64,000 nt of DNA from Polaromonas sp. (GTDB lineage Bacteria > Pseudomonadota > Gammaproteobacteria > Burkholderiales > Burkholderiaceae_C): contig PNNC01000058.1 in NCBI GenBank assembly GCA_013824015.1, forward strand, positions 5,341-69,340. The letters are read 5' to 3'. The notes under the pieces are model-generated. The model was not told where the DNA came from. It did no database searches and saw only the letters and a list, made by a program, of their open reading frames with translations. This document shows, in pieces, positions 50,344 to 58,666 of this stretch. The position numbers and the translations under genes were made by a program. Position 1 is the first letter of the stretch; each line of letters opens with the position of its first letter.

Positions 50344-50355
50344 GAAAGCACGCCA

Positions 50356-50811
50356 ATGCAAGCCGTTCATGTCTCCTTCCAGGGCCGTCCTGCGCGGCGC
50401 GCTTCAGGGTTCACCTTGATCGAACTCATGATCGTGGTGGCCATCATCGGCATTCTTTCTGCGGTTGCGTATCCCGCCTACACGGACTACATCCGGCGGG
50501 GTAACCGGTCCGAGGCGACGGCGGCCCTGCTGGAGGCTCAGCAGTTCATGGAGCGCTACTATGGCGCCAACAACCGGTACAGCACGGCGGCCAACGGCAA
50601 CCCTGCGCTGCCAACGCGGCTGCAGACCATCCCGGCCGGTGGTCCCACCCGCTACACCTTGAGTGTTGCCGCGACGGTCAACTCCTACACCCTGACGGCG
50701 ACACCCTCCGGCAGCATGTCGACCGACAAATGCGGATCGCTGACCGTGACCAACACGGGTGTGAAGGGGCGAAGTGCAACAGGCCCGACCGTGGCGGATT
50801 GCTGGCGTTAG
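50356..50811 (+). CDS. pilE: Type IV minor pilin PilE
   Basis: [27 protein letters not shown]. Confidence 0.92.
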   Translation: MQAVHVSFQGRPARRASGFTLIELMIVVAIIGILSAVAYPAYTDYIRRGNRSEATAALLEAQQFMERYYGANNRYSTAANGNPALPTRLQTIPAGGPTRYTLSVAATVNSYTLTATPSGSMSTDKCGSLTVTNTGVKGRSATGPTVADCWR

Positions 50812-50832
50812 CGCAGCGGCGAAGCGGGACGC

Positions 50833-51282
50833 CTAGCGCCGCACCTCGTCGACCAGCGTCTTGAACTCGTCGATGTCCTCGAAGCTGCGGTAAACGCTGG
50901 CAAAACGGACATAGGCCACCTTGTCGAGCTTTTTCAGCTCGCGCATCACCAGCTCGCCCAAGCGTGTGGAAGGCACTTCACGCAGGCCGAGGTTCAGCAG
51001 CTTTTCCTCGATCCGTTCGATCGCCGAATCCACCTGCTCGGTGCTGACCGGCCGCTTGCGCAAGGCGAGGTTCATGGACCCCAGGATCTTGCTGCGTTTG
51101 TACTCGATGCGGCGTCCGTCCTTTTTGACAATCGCCGGAAAGTTGACGTCTGGACGCTCGTAGGTGGTGAAGCGTTTTTCACAGGCGCCGCACTGGCGGC
51201 GGCGCCGTATGAAGTCTGCGTCCTCCGACACCCGGGTCTCCACCACCTGGGTCTCCAGATTGCCGCAGAACGGGCATTTCAT
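50833..51282 (-). CDS. nrdR: Transcriptional repressor NrdR
   Basis: [29 protein letters not shown]. Confidence 0.97.
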   Translation of the reverse strand: MKCPFCGNLETQVVETRVSEDADFIRRRRQCGACEKRFTTYERPDVNFPAIVKKDGRRIEYKRSKILGSMNLALRKRPVSTEQVDSAIERIEEKLLNLGLREVPSTRLGELVMRELKKLDKVAYVRFASVYRSFEDIDEFKTLVDEVRR

Positions 51283-51302
51283 GCGAAATGGCCTGGAATG
51301 AT

Positions 51303-51361
51303 GAACATTATTGGCCGCCAGCCCATGTGAAACGGGCGCAAGCAGCTATCAAAACAGTAGC
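51303..51361 (-). repeat. Family-1 palindromic repeat, intergenic copy (glyA-nrdR)
   Basis: attggccgccagcccatg..gcagctatcaaaacagtagc. Confidence 0.78.
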
Positions 51362-51378
51362 GCCCGATGGCACCATGG

Positions 51379-52623
51379 TCAGCGGTAGACCGGGAAGCGG
51401 CTGGTCAGCGCATTGACCTTGGCGCGCACCGCCTCGATGTTGGCCGCATCACGCGGATTGTCGAGCACGTCGGCGATCAGGTTGGCGGTCAGACGCGCTT
51501 CCTCGTCCTTGAAGCCGCGGGTGGTCATCGCCGGGGTGCCGATACGCACGCCGCTGGTGACCATGGGCTTTTCCGGGTCGTTCGGGATCGCGTTTTTGTT
51601 GATTGTCATGTGGGCGCTGCCCAGCACCGCTTCGGCTTCCTTGCCGGTGATGTTCTTGGAACGCAGGTCGACCAGCATCACGTGGCTTTCGGTGCGGCCG
51701 CTGACGATGCGCAGGCCGCGCTGGGTCAGGGTGTCCGCAACGATCTGGGCGTTTTTGAGGACCTGCTGCTGGTAGGTCTTGAACTCGGGCGCCAGCGCTT
51801 CCTTGAAGGCAACCGCTTTGGCGGCGATCACATGCATCAGCGGTCCGCCCTGCAGGCCGGGGAAAATCGCGCTGTTGATGGCTTTCTCGTGTTCGGCCTT
51901 CATCAGGATGATGCCGCCGCGCGGGCCGCGCAGGCTTTTGTGGGTGGTCGAGGTCACCACGTCGGCGTGTGGCACCGGGTTGGGATACACACCCGCGGCG
52001 ACCAGGCCGGCGTAGTGGGCGATGTCCACCATGAAGATCGCGCCAACGGCCTTGGCCACTTTCGCGAAACGCTCGAAGTCGATACGCAGGCTGTAGGCCG
52101 AGGCACCGGCAATGATCAGTTTGGGTTTGGACTCGTGGGCCTTGCGCTCCATCGCGTCGTAATCGATCTCTTCCTTGTCGTTCAGGCCATAGGACACGAC
52201 GTTGAACCACTTGCCGCTCATGTTGAGCGCCATGCCGTGGGTCAGGTGGCCGCCTTCGGCCAGGCTCATGCCCATGATGGTGTCGCCGGGTTTCAGGAAC
52301 GCCAGGAACACGGCCTCATTGGCCGACGCGCCGCAATGCGGCTGCACGTTGGCGGCATCGGCGCCGAAGATCTGCTTGACACGGTCGATGGCCAGTTGCT
52401 CGGCCACGTCCACATGTTCGCAGCCGCCGTAGTAGCGGCGGCCCGGGTAGCCTTCGGCGTATTTGTTGGTGAGCTGTGAACCCTGCGCGGCCATCACGGC
52501 GGGCGAGGCGTAGTTTTCACTGGCGATCAGCTCGATGTGGTGCTCCTGGCGCGCGTTTTCAGCAACGATGGCAGCCCACAGTTCGGGATCGGTTTGTTCG
52601 ACGAGAATGTTTCGGTGATACAC
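51379..52623 (-). CDS. glyA: Serine hydroxymethyltransferase
   Basis: [27 protein letters not shown]; GTG start. Confidence 0.97.
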   Translation of the reverse strand: MYHRNILVEQTDPELWAAIVAENARQEHHIELIASENYASPAVMAAQGSQLTNKYAEGYPGRRYYGGCEHVDVAEQLAIDRVKQIFGADAANVQPHCGASANEAVFLAFLKPGDTIMGMSLAEGGHLTHGMALNMSGKWFNVVSYGLNDKEEIDYDAMERKAHESKPKLIIAGASAYSLRIDFERFAKVAKAVGAIFMVDIAHYAGLVAAGVYPNPVPHADVVTSTTHKSLRGPRGGIILMKAEHEKAINSAIFPGLQGGPLMHVIAAKAVAFKEALAPEFKTYQQQVLKNAQIVADTLTQRGLRIVSGRTESHVMLVDLRSKNITGKEAEAVLGSAHMTINKNAIPNDPEKPMVTSGVRIGTPAMTTRGFKDEEARLTANLIADVLDNPRDAANIEAVRAKVNALTSRFPVYR

Positions 52624-52680
52624 GGCAGTCCTTCAAGACGTGGTCCCTGTCCTGGCACGGAGGTGCATGAAACAAGGGCT

Positions 52681-52798
52681 GCCCAGGCGAACGGCTGAAC
52701 GCCGCTGTCACCGATGACAGCCGGCGGTGCGCTTCCCAGTGGTATCCCACGTCAGCCTTGCCCCGTGATCAGGGCAAGCCTATCGCCAGTCGCGCACC
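52681..52798 (-). ncRNA. ZMP/ZTP (pfl) riboswitch
   Basis: Minus strand reads ggtgcgcGACTGGCGA..GTGGGATACCACtGGGaAGCgcacc..GCCGttCGCCTGGGC upstream of glyA. Confidence 0.92.
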
Positions 52799-52849
52799 TG
52801 GCTAGTGTAACGGAGTCGCTGTCCGGCCGGGTTCGCCCCGGCCAGAACC

Positions 52850-53725
52850 TCAGGACATCGACAGGCTGGCGACCTTCTCGCTGGCTTTGGGCCCGGGCAT
52901 GTCGGGGCTGTCGCCGCCCAGCGGCAGCGATGCCGGGATCGCCAGCGGCGGCCGCACCGGCGCATACGCCGGCGCCCGACCATTGGCGACGGCCTGCAGC
53001 CGGGCGTGTTCGGCCATCACCTTGGCGGCGTAACCGCCATCGCTCTCAAGGTTGGCCGCGCCAACGTAGAACTTGAGGCCGGCTTCCAGCGAGCCGGCGC
53101 GGGCAATACATTCCTGCAGCACCTTGACGCCGACACGCAGGTTGGTCACCGGGTCGAAGGCGGCCAGCTTGCCACCGAAGTTTTCATACTTGTCGTGGTG
53201 GATCTTGGTCATGACCTGCATCAGGCCCTGCGCGCCGACCGGGCTTTGGGCGAACGGGTTGAAGCCCGATTCGATCGCCATGATGGCCAGGATCAGCGTG
53301 GGGTCGAGCTTGGCTTTCTGGCCGATTTCGAAGGCTTCGGCGACCAGCACGCTGAGCGGCTCAGGCGCGACGCCGTACTTGCGGCTCAGCCAGAAGGCCA
53401 CGGCAGCCTGCTGTTTGGGCAGGTCCTTGGGATTGGCGGCGGTGGCGCGGTCGATGGCATCCGGCTCGGTGTAACCGATGGCGGCTTCCTGGCGCTCCTG
53501 CAGCCAGCTCATCAGCCGCGACTCGCCGGCCTGACGCAAGTCGGGCCGGGCGGTGAGGGTGATCACGGCAAACACCACGGCCAGACCGACCAGGGCGAAG
53601 CTGTTGTGCGTGATTTCAAAAAAGCCCTGGGCGATGTCGTCTGCAATATTGGCCAGACTGGCGCCCACGTTTTTCTGGATTGCCCGCAAGGTGGATGCGG
53701 GGCTGGATTGTCCTAGCGCTGTCAT
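52850..53725 (-). CDS. Lytic transglycosylase (SLT domain)
   Basis: AIMAIESGFNP, GAQGLMQV; aggag RBS before ATG 53725. Confidence 0.9.
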   Translation of the reverse strand: MTALGQSSPASTLRAIQKNVGASLANIADDIAQGFFEITHNSFALVGLAVVFAVITLTARPDLRQAGESRLMSWLQERQEAAIGYTEPDAIDRATAANPKDLPKQQAAVAFWLSRKYGVAPEPLSVLVAEAFEIGQKAKLDPTLILAIMAIESGFNPFAQSPVGAQGLMQVMTKIHHDKYENFGGKLAAFDPVTNLRVGVKVLQECIARAGSLEAGLKFYVGAANLESDGGYAAKVMAEHARLQAVANGRAPAYAPVRPPLAIPASLPLGGDSPDMPGPKASEKVASLSMS

Positions 53726-54261
53726 AGCACTCCTTTCTACGTGCGGCGGCTTCTGCAAGCCGTCACACCTTGATTGGGTCGCCATCAAACCAGGGCCTTG
53801 GCCCCGGGGGTGTGGACCCCTTGTCTGACTTTGCCGGGTTCGGCAGCGGGTTCGGGTTGTCCCTTGGTTTCCTCGGGACGGCGAATTCTATGAGGGGTCT
53901 AAATAACTTGTCAATAATATCAAAGTGAATCGATATATCAATTTTTGGCATAAATAGCATAATTCAAGGCCAAAGCCCCGGTTTCTGGCGCTTCCGGGCT
54001 GTTTTGACCAAGCTCCCTAAGACGGCTTCCGTTGGCCGTGCAGCGGCCAATCAACTGTATGTTTTGCCAGTAAAGTCCAGCTACTTCAAGGCTTTGCAGC
54101 GTTCTTGGAGAAAACGCTGGAGCATTCGATCAAGCGTCATCTCGGGATACAGCGGCGGGATTTCCCGTGTGTCTGTAGGACAAATTCCCGACCTGTCGCG
54201 CATATGTAAAGCCGGCAAGAAAACCGCAATCGCCGGACATTTTTTGATTACAAATATTGGC

Positions 54262-54290
54262 TTGCGTGCCGGGCGCACGGCGGATAACCT
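54262..54290 (+). promoter_or_regulatory. Putative sigma70 promoter
   Basis: TTGCGT-17 bp-TAACCT preceded by an AT-rich tract. Confidence 0.55.
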
Positions 54291-54295
54291 GCAGT

Positions 54296-54460
54296 TGCTT
54301 GAGTACCTCAAGCATCACCGGTAACCAACCCGGCAACCTCGGGAGCAATCACTTGCTCTCATCGCACTGGAGACGAAACTTCTCTCCTTTGCGAAACCAG
54401 ACGGCATGGGCGTTATGCCCGCCGTCAGCCCCGGTCGGCCCAGCTGCCCGGGGTTTTTCA
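54296..54460 (+). ncRNA. Candidate small RNA (~165 nt)
   Basis: Upstream promoter, several hairpins, GC hairpin + T run at the end, no credible ORF. Confidence 0.55.
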
Positions 54461-54463
54461 TTT
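54429..54463 (+). terminator. Intrinsic terminator
   Basis: ccccgg...ccgggg followed by tttttcattt. Confidence 0.65.
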
Positions 54464-54529
54464 CTGCAGGCAGGCATCCGCGCAGAAATTCATTGACCTT
54501 TGCGTGCAGGCCCCCAAAACTCGGTGCTT

Positions 54530-57500
54530 ATGACAAGCAACGAGATGCGTGGCCGCTGGGCCCATATCTGGCGCGGCCTCCCGGCCCGGGCCAATTCAGT
54601 GATGCGATCCCCGCGCTGGCAGCGCCGGTTGGCCTGGGCTGCGGGCAGCCTGCTGATGGTCTGGTTGCTGGCCTGGGCCGCAGTGCCCGGCCTGCTCAAG
54701 TGGCAACTGGAGACCGCCGGATCGCAGAAGCTGGGGCGCCAGCTCACGGTGGGCAAGGTGGATTTCCGGCCCTGGTCGCTGGAGCTCACGCTGCACGACC
54801 TGGTGCTTGCGAAAGCCGGCGCTTCCCCGGCTGCGTCGCCTGAACTGGCCCAGGGATCTCCCCAGCTGAGCATCAAGCGTCTCTATGTAGATGCGGAGCT
54901 GCAATCGCTGCTGCGGCTGGCACCGGTGGTGGACGCCCTCCAGGTGGAAGATCCGGTGCTGTCGCTGACCCATCTCGGCCAGGGGCGCTACGACATCGAC
55001 GACATCGTGGCGCGCCTGAGGCCCGCGTCCGACGAGCCGGCCGGCAAGCCACCGCGTTTTGCGCTCTACAACCTGGTGCTGACCGGTGGCCGCGCCGACT
55101 TCAATGACCTGTCGGTGCGCAAGCTTCACGAGTTGCGCGAGCTGAAGCTGTCCGTCCCCTTTTTGAGCAACCTGCGTTCCCAGCGCGACATCCAGACAGC
55201 GCCACACCTGACCTTCGCGCTCAATGGCAGCCGGTTCGACACCGCTGCCGAAGGCACACCCTTTGCGCAGACCCGCAAGACCGACGCCACCTTCAGGCTC
55301 AACGCGCTGGACCTGCGGCCTTATCTCGGCTACCTGCCGGCCAGCCTGCCGCTGCGACTGCAGGGCGGGGTGCTCGATGCCGATATCCAGGTGGCTTTTG
55401 AACAGGCGCCCGACACCGTGGTCAGGATCTCCGGTTCGGTCACGGCCAGCCAGGTGCGCCTGCTCGGCGCCGCCGGCGCGCCGGCATCCGCCCCCGAGTT
55501 GCTGGGTTTCGAGCGCCTGCAGCTGGTGATGGACGAGGTCCGGCCGCTGGAGCAGCTGGTCCGGCTGTCGTCGGTGGTGCTCACGGCCCCCGTGCTCAAC
55601 CTTACGCGTGATCGCAGCGGGCGGCTGAACCTGCTGCCGGCCGGCCCCGCGATTGCTACAAAAAACATAGCTTCTGATGACCGTTCCATAAGGGCTGGCG
55701 GTAAAAATGCTGCACCAAGCCAGACGCCCACGGCAGCTGCGCCCGGGGCAGGCCGCGCCGCGCCCTGGAAAGTCCAGGTCGCCAGCCTCGCCGTGCGTGG
55801 CGGCATGGTCAACTGGCTGGACCAAAGCCTGGCCTCACCCGCGCAGATCCGCCTGAACGGGCTGGTGCTGGACGCGTCGGCGATCAGCTATCCCTTTTCG
55901 GCCGCCGCGCCGCTGCAGTTCAAGGGCGCCATCGCGCTGGACGCGGCGGCGGTGGCTGCCGCCGCGCCGCCCGCCGCCGCCCGCAGAAAAGCGGTCCAGG
56001 CCGGCATCGCCGCGCCGGCGCCGGCGGCCACACCCGCGCTGCTGAGCTTCAGCGGCAGCGCGACCGATGCGGCTGCCGATGTCAGGGCGACGCTGGCGGC
56101 CTGGCCGCTGGACATGGCCGCCAAGTACATCGGCCAGTTTCTGCTGCCGGCGCTCAATGGCCAGCTCGATGCGGAGCTCGGCATCCAGTGGCAGGCGGCG
56201 GCCGGCGACAAGGCGCAGCTGCTGACGGTCAGCTCGCCCCAGCTCGCGGTGCGCGACATCCTGCTGGCCGAAGGCAAAACATCGCTGGTGTCGGTGCAGC
56301 GGGTCGATGTCAGCGGCATGGACATCGACGTGGCCGGCCAGACCTTCAAGGCCGCCAGCATGCGCCTGACCCGGCCCCAGGTCCGGGTTGATCGTGATGC
56401 CAACAGCCGCTGGATGTACCAGCGCTGGATGGCGGCGCGTGGCCAGACCGCGCCGTCGCCCGCGTCGACAGCCGCGCCGGCCTGGGGTGTGGCCATCGCC
56501 GAGCTGTTGCTGGATGGCGGCGCCATGTCGTTTTCGGATCGCTCTGGCGCCAAGCCGGTGGCTTTTGAGGTCAGCAGTGTCAAGGCCCAGCTGCAGGGGC
56601 TGGTGCTCGATGAGCGGCCAGCGGCCCGGGCGCAGGCGGCGAAACCGATGCCGCTGAACGCATCGCTGCAACTGGCGAGCGGGCGTTTCGAGCCGGGCAA
56701 GCTGGATTTCAAGGGCAGCCTGGGGTTGGCGCCGCTGCAGGCCCAGGGCCAGCTGGTGCTGCAGCGTCTGCCGGTGCAGGCCTTCGAGCCCTATTTCGGT
56801 GAGCAGCTCAACATCGACCTGCTGCGGGCCGACGCCAGCTTCCGCGGCCGCGTCGCCTGGCGCCAGACGCCGGCCGGCCCGCAGGCGCAACTGGCCGGCG
56901 ACGTGGCGCTGGAGGAGTTCCGCTCCAACACGCTGGCGCCCAGCGAGGGCTTGCTGGCGTGGAAGGCGCTGAAACTGCGCGGCCTGCAGGTGGCGCTGGA
57001 GCCGGCGAAAGCCACCCGGGTGGACGTGCGCGAAACCGTGCTGAGCGACTTCTTTGCGCGTGTGATCGTCACGCCCGAAGGCCGCATCAACCTGCAGGAC
57101 CTGCTCAAGCCGCCGGCTTCCGGCGCCATCGATGCTACAAAATCAGGAGCGGCTGATGCAATGCAGACAGGGGCTGGAGGCCAAAATCGTGCAAAAACTG
57201 CAGCGCTGGCGACAGGCGCCCGATCAGCGCCGGCGCCGCTCATCAACGTCGGTCCGATGACACTCATCAACGGCCGGGTGCTGTTTTCCGACCGTTTTGT
57301 CAAACCCAACTACTCGGCCAACCTCAGCGAGCTCAGCGGCAAGCTCAGCGCCTTTTCATCGGCGCCCGCCGCCGGCGCGCCGGCGATGGCTGACCTGGAG
57401 CTGCGCGGCCGCGCCGAAGGCACGGCCTCGCTGGAGATCACCGGCAAACTCAACCCGCTGGCGCAACCGCTGGCGCTGGACATCCAGGGCAAGGTGCGTG

Positions 57501-58432
57501 ACCTGGAACTGCCGCCGTTGTCGCCTTATGCCATCAAGTACTCGGGTTACGGCATCAACCGCGGCAAACTCAGTGTCGACGTCAACTATGTGGTGCAGCC
57601 CGATGGCCAGCTCACCGCGAACAACAAGGTGGTGCTGAACCAGCTCAGCTTCGGCGACAAGGTCGAGGGCTCGACCGCCAGCCTGCCGGTCAAGCTGGCT
57701 GTGGCGCTGCTGGCCGACCGCAACGGTGTGATCGACATCGACCTGCCGATCAGTGGCTCGCTCAACGACCCGCAGTTCAGCCTCGGCCCGGTGATCGTCA
57801 AGGTGATCCTCAACGTCATCGTCAAGGCCATCACCGCGCCGTTCAGCCTGCTGGCCGGTGCCTTTGGTGGCGGCGGGGACGAGCTGGCCAGTGTCGGTTT
57901 TGCGCCGGGCAGCGCGCGGCTGGCGCCGGAGGCCACCGCCAGTCTCGACAAGGTGGCGAAGGCGCTGACCGATCGTCCTGCCTTGCAACTCACCGTCGTC
58001 GGTACCGCCAGTCTGGACGCCGAGCGCGAAGGCTACCGACGGGAACGGCTGGACCAGCTGCTGCGCGCCGAAAAACGCCGCGGCCTGGTGACCCAGGGCA
58101 GCACGGCCCTGAGCGGTGTCACCGTCAGCGCGGCCGAATACCCGGCGCTGCTCAAGGAGGTCTACCAGCGCGCCGACATCACCAAGCCGCGCAATCTGGT
58201 CGGCATGGCCAAAAACCTGCCGGCCGCCGAGATGGAAAAGTTGCTGCTGGCCGATATCGCGGTGACCGAGGACGCGATGCGCGAGCTGGCCCTCAGGCGC
58301 AGCGTGGCGGTCAGGGACTACCTGGCGGGCCGCGATCTGGCGCCGGCCAGGCTGTTCCTCGGCGCTGCCAAAACCGTGCCGCCGGACACCCAATGGACAC
58401 CCCGCGCGGAGCTGAATTTGGCGATGCCGTAA
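54530..58432 (+). CDS. DUF748 (AsmA-like) domain protein with C-terminal OmpA-like region; two repeat-derived inserts
   Basis: N-terminal TM, repeated beta-rich modules, LSPYAIKYSGY, IDLPISGSLNDPQFS, PFSLL. Confidence 0.82.
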   Translation: MTSNEMRGRWAHIWRGLPARANSVMRSPRWQRRLAWAAGSLLMVWLLAWAAVPGLLKWQLETAGSQKLGRQLTVGKVDFRPWSLELTLHDLVLAKAGASPAASPELAQGSPQLSIKRLYVDAELQSLLRLAPVVDALQVEDPVLSLTHLGQGRYDIDDIVARLRPASDEPAGKPPRFALYNLVLTGGRADFNDLSVRKLHELRELKLSVPFLSNLRSQRDIQTAPHLTFALNGSRFDTAAEGTPFAQTRKTDATFRLNALDLRPYLGYLPASLPLRLQGGVLDADIQVAFEQAPDTVVRISGSVTASQVRLLGAAGAPASAPELLGFERLQLVMDEVRPLEQLVRLSSVVLTAPVLNLTRDRSGRLNLLPAGPAIATKNIASDDRSIRAGGKNAAPSQTPTAAAPGAGRAAPWKVQVASLAVRGGMVNWLDQSLASPAQIRLNGLVLDASAISYPFSAAAPLQFKGAIALDAAAVAAAAPPAAARRKAVQAGIAAPAPAATPALLSFSGSATDAAADVRATLAAWPLDMAAKYIGQFLLPALNGQLDAELGIQWQAAAGDKAQLLTVSSPQLAVRDILLAEGKTSLVSVQRVDVSGMDIDVAGQTFKAASMRLTRPQVRVDRDANSRWMYQRWMAARGQTAPSPASTAAPAWGVAIAELLLDGGAMSFSDRSGAKPVAFEVSSVKAQLQGLVLDERPAARAQAAKPMPLNASLQLASGRFEPGKLDFKGSLGLAPLQAQGQLVLQRLPVQAFEPYFGEQLNIDLLRADASFRGRVAWRQTPAGPQAQLAGDVALEEFRSNTLAPSEGLLAWKALKLRGLQVALEPAKATRVDVRETVLSDFFARVIVTPEGRINLQDLLKPPASGAIDATKSGAADAMQTGAGGQNRAKTAALATGARSAPAPLINVGPMTLINGRVLFSDRFVKPNYSANLSELSGKLSAFSSAPAAGAPAMADLELRGRAEGTASLEITGKLNPLAQPLALDIQGKVRDLELPPLSPYAIKYSGYGINRGKLSVDVNYVVQPDGQLTANNKVVLNQLSFGDKVEGSTASLPVKLAVALLADRNGVIDIDLPISGSLNDPQFSLGPVIVKVILNVIVKAITAPFSLLAGAFGGGGDELASVGFAPGSARLAPEATASLDKVAKALTDRPALQLTVVGTASLDAEREGYRRERLDQLLRAEKRRGLVTQGSTALSGVTVSAAEYPALLKEVYQRADITKPRNLVGMAKNLPAAEMEKLLLADIAVTEDAMRELALRRSVAVRDYLAGRDLAPARLFLGAAKTVPPDTQWTPRAELNLAMP
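55654..55712 (+). repeat. Family-1 repeat (diverged) inside the DUF748 gene
   Basis: tgctacaaaaaacatagc..agggctggcggtaaaaatg; AT-rich island in a GC-rich ORF. Confidence 0.7.
57133..57197 (+). repeat. Family-1 repeat (diverged) inside the DUF748 gene, second copy
   Basis: tgctacaaaatcaggagc..ggggctggaggccaaaatcg. Confidence 0.72.
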
Positions 58433-58666
58433 AAACAGCGAAAATACCCGCTGTGCTTTATTTTTAAAGCGCGGGTATGTCCCGGCCTTGAGAGCCTTTT
58501 TGAGAGCCATGGCCCGTATGTTTCCCGCTCACTGATCCCTTCCCACCCGTCCGGACCGCCATCGCTGGCCGCGATGCAGCGCCGGGGCCTGACCCGCCCC
58601 CGCCGCATTCAGCCTGCAACTTATTTCCCGGCCAGGCCTTTTTAATTTTTATGCTGCGTTCCCCTC

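Noticed and set aside
54004-54348. Small ORFs (106, 76 and 72 aa) in the SLT-DUF748 gap
   Set aside because: Atypical composition, no clear RBS or motifs; better explained as regulatory DNA plus an sRNA.
58445-58478. Hairpin atacccgc..gctttatttttaaagc..gcgggtat after DUF748 as another family-1 copy
   Set aside because: Lacks the gcccatg/gggctgg core; more likely a terminator-like stem.
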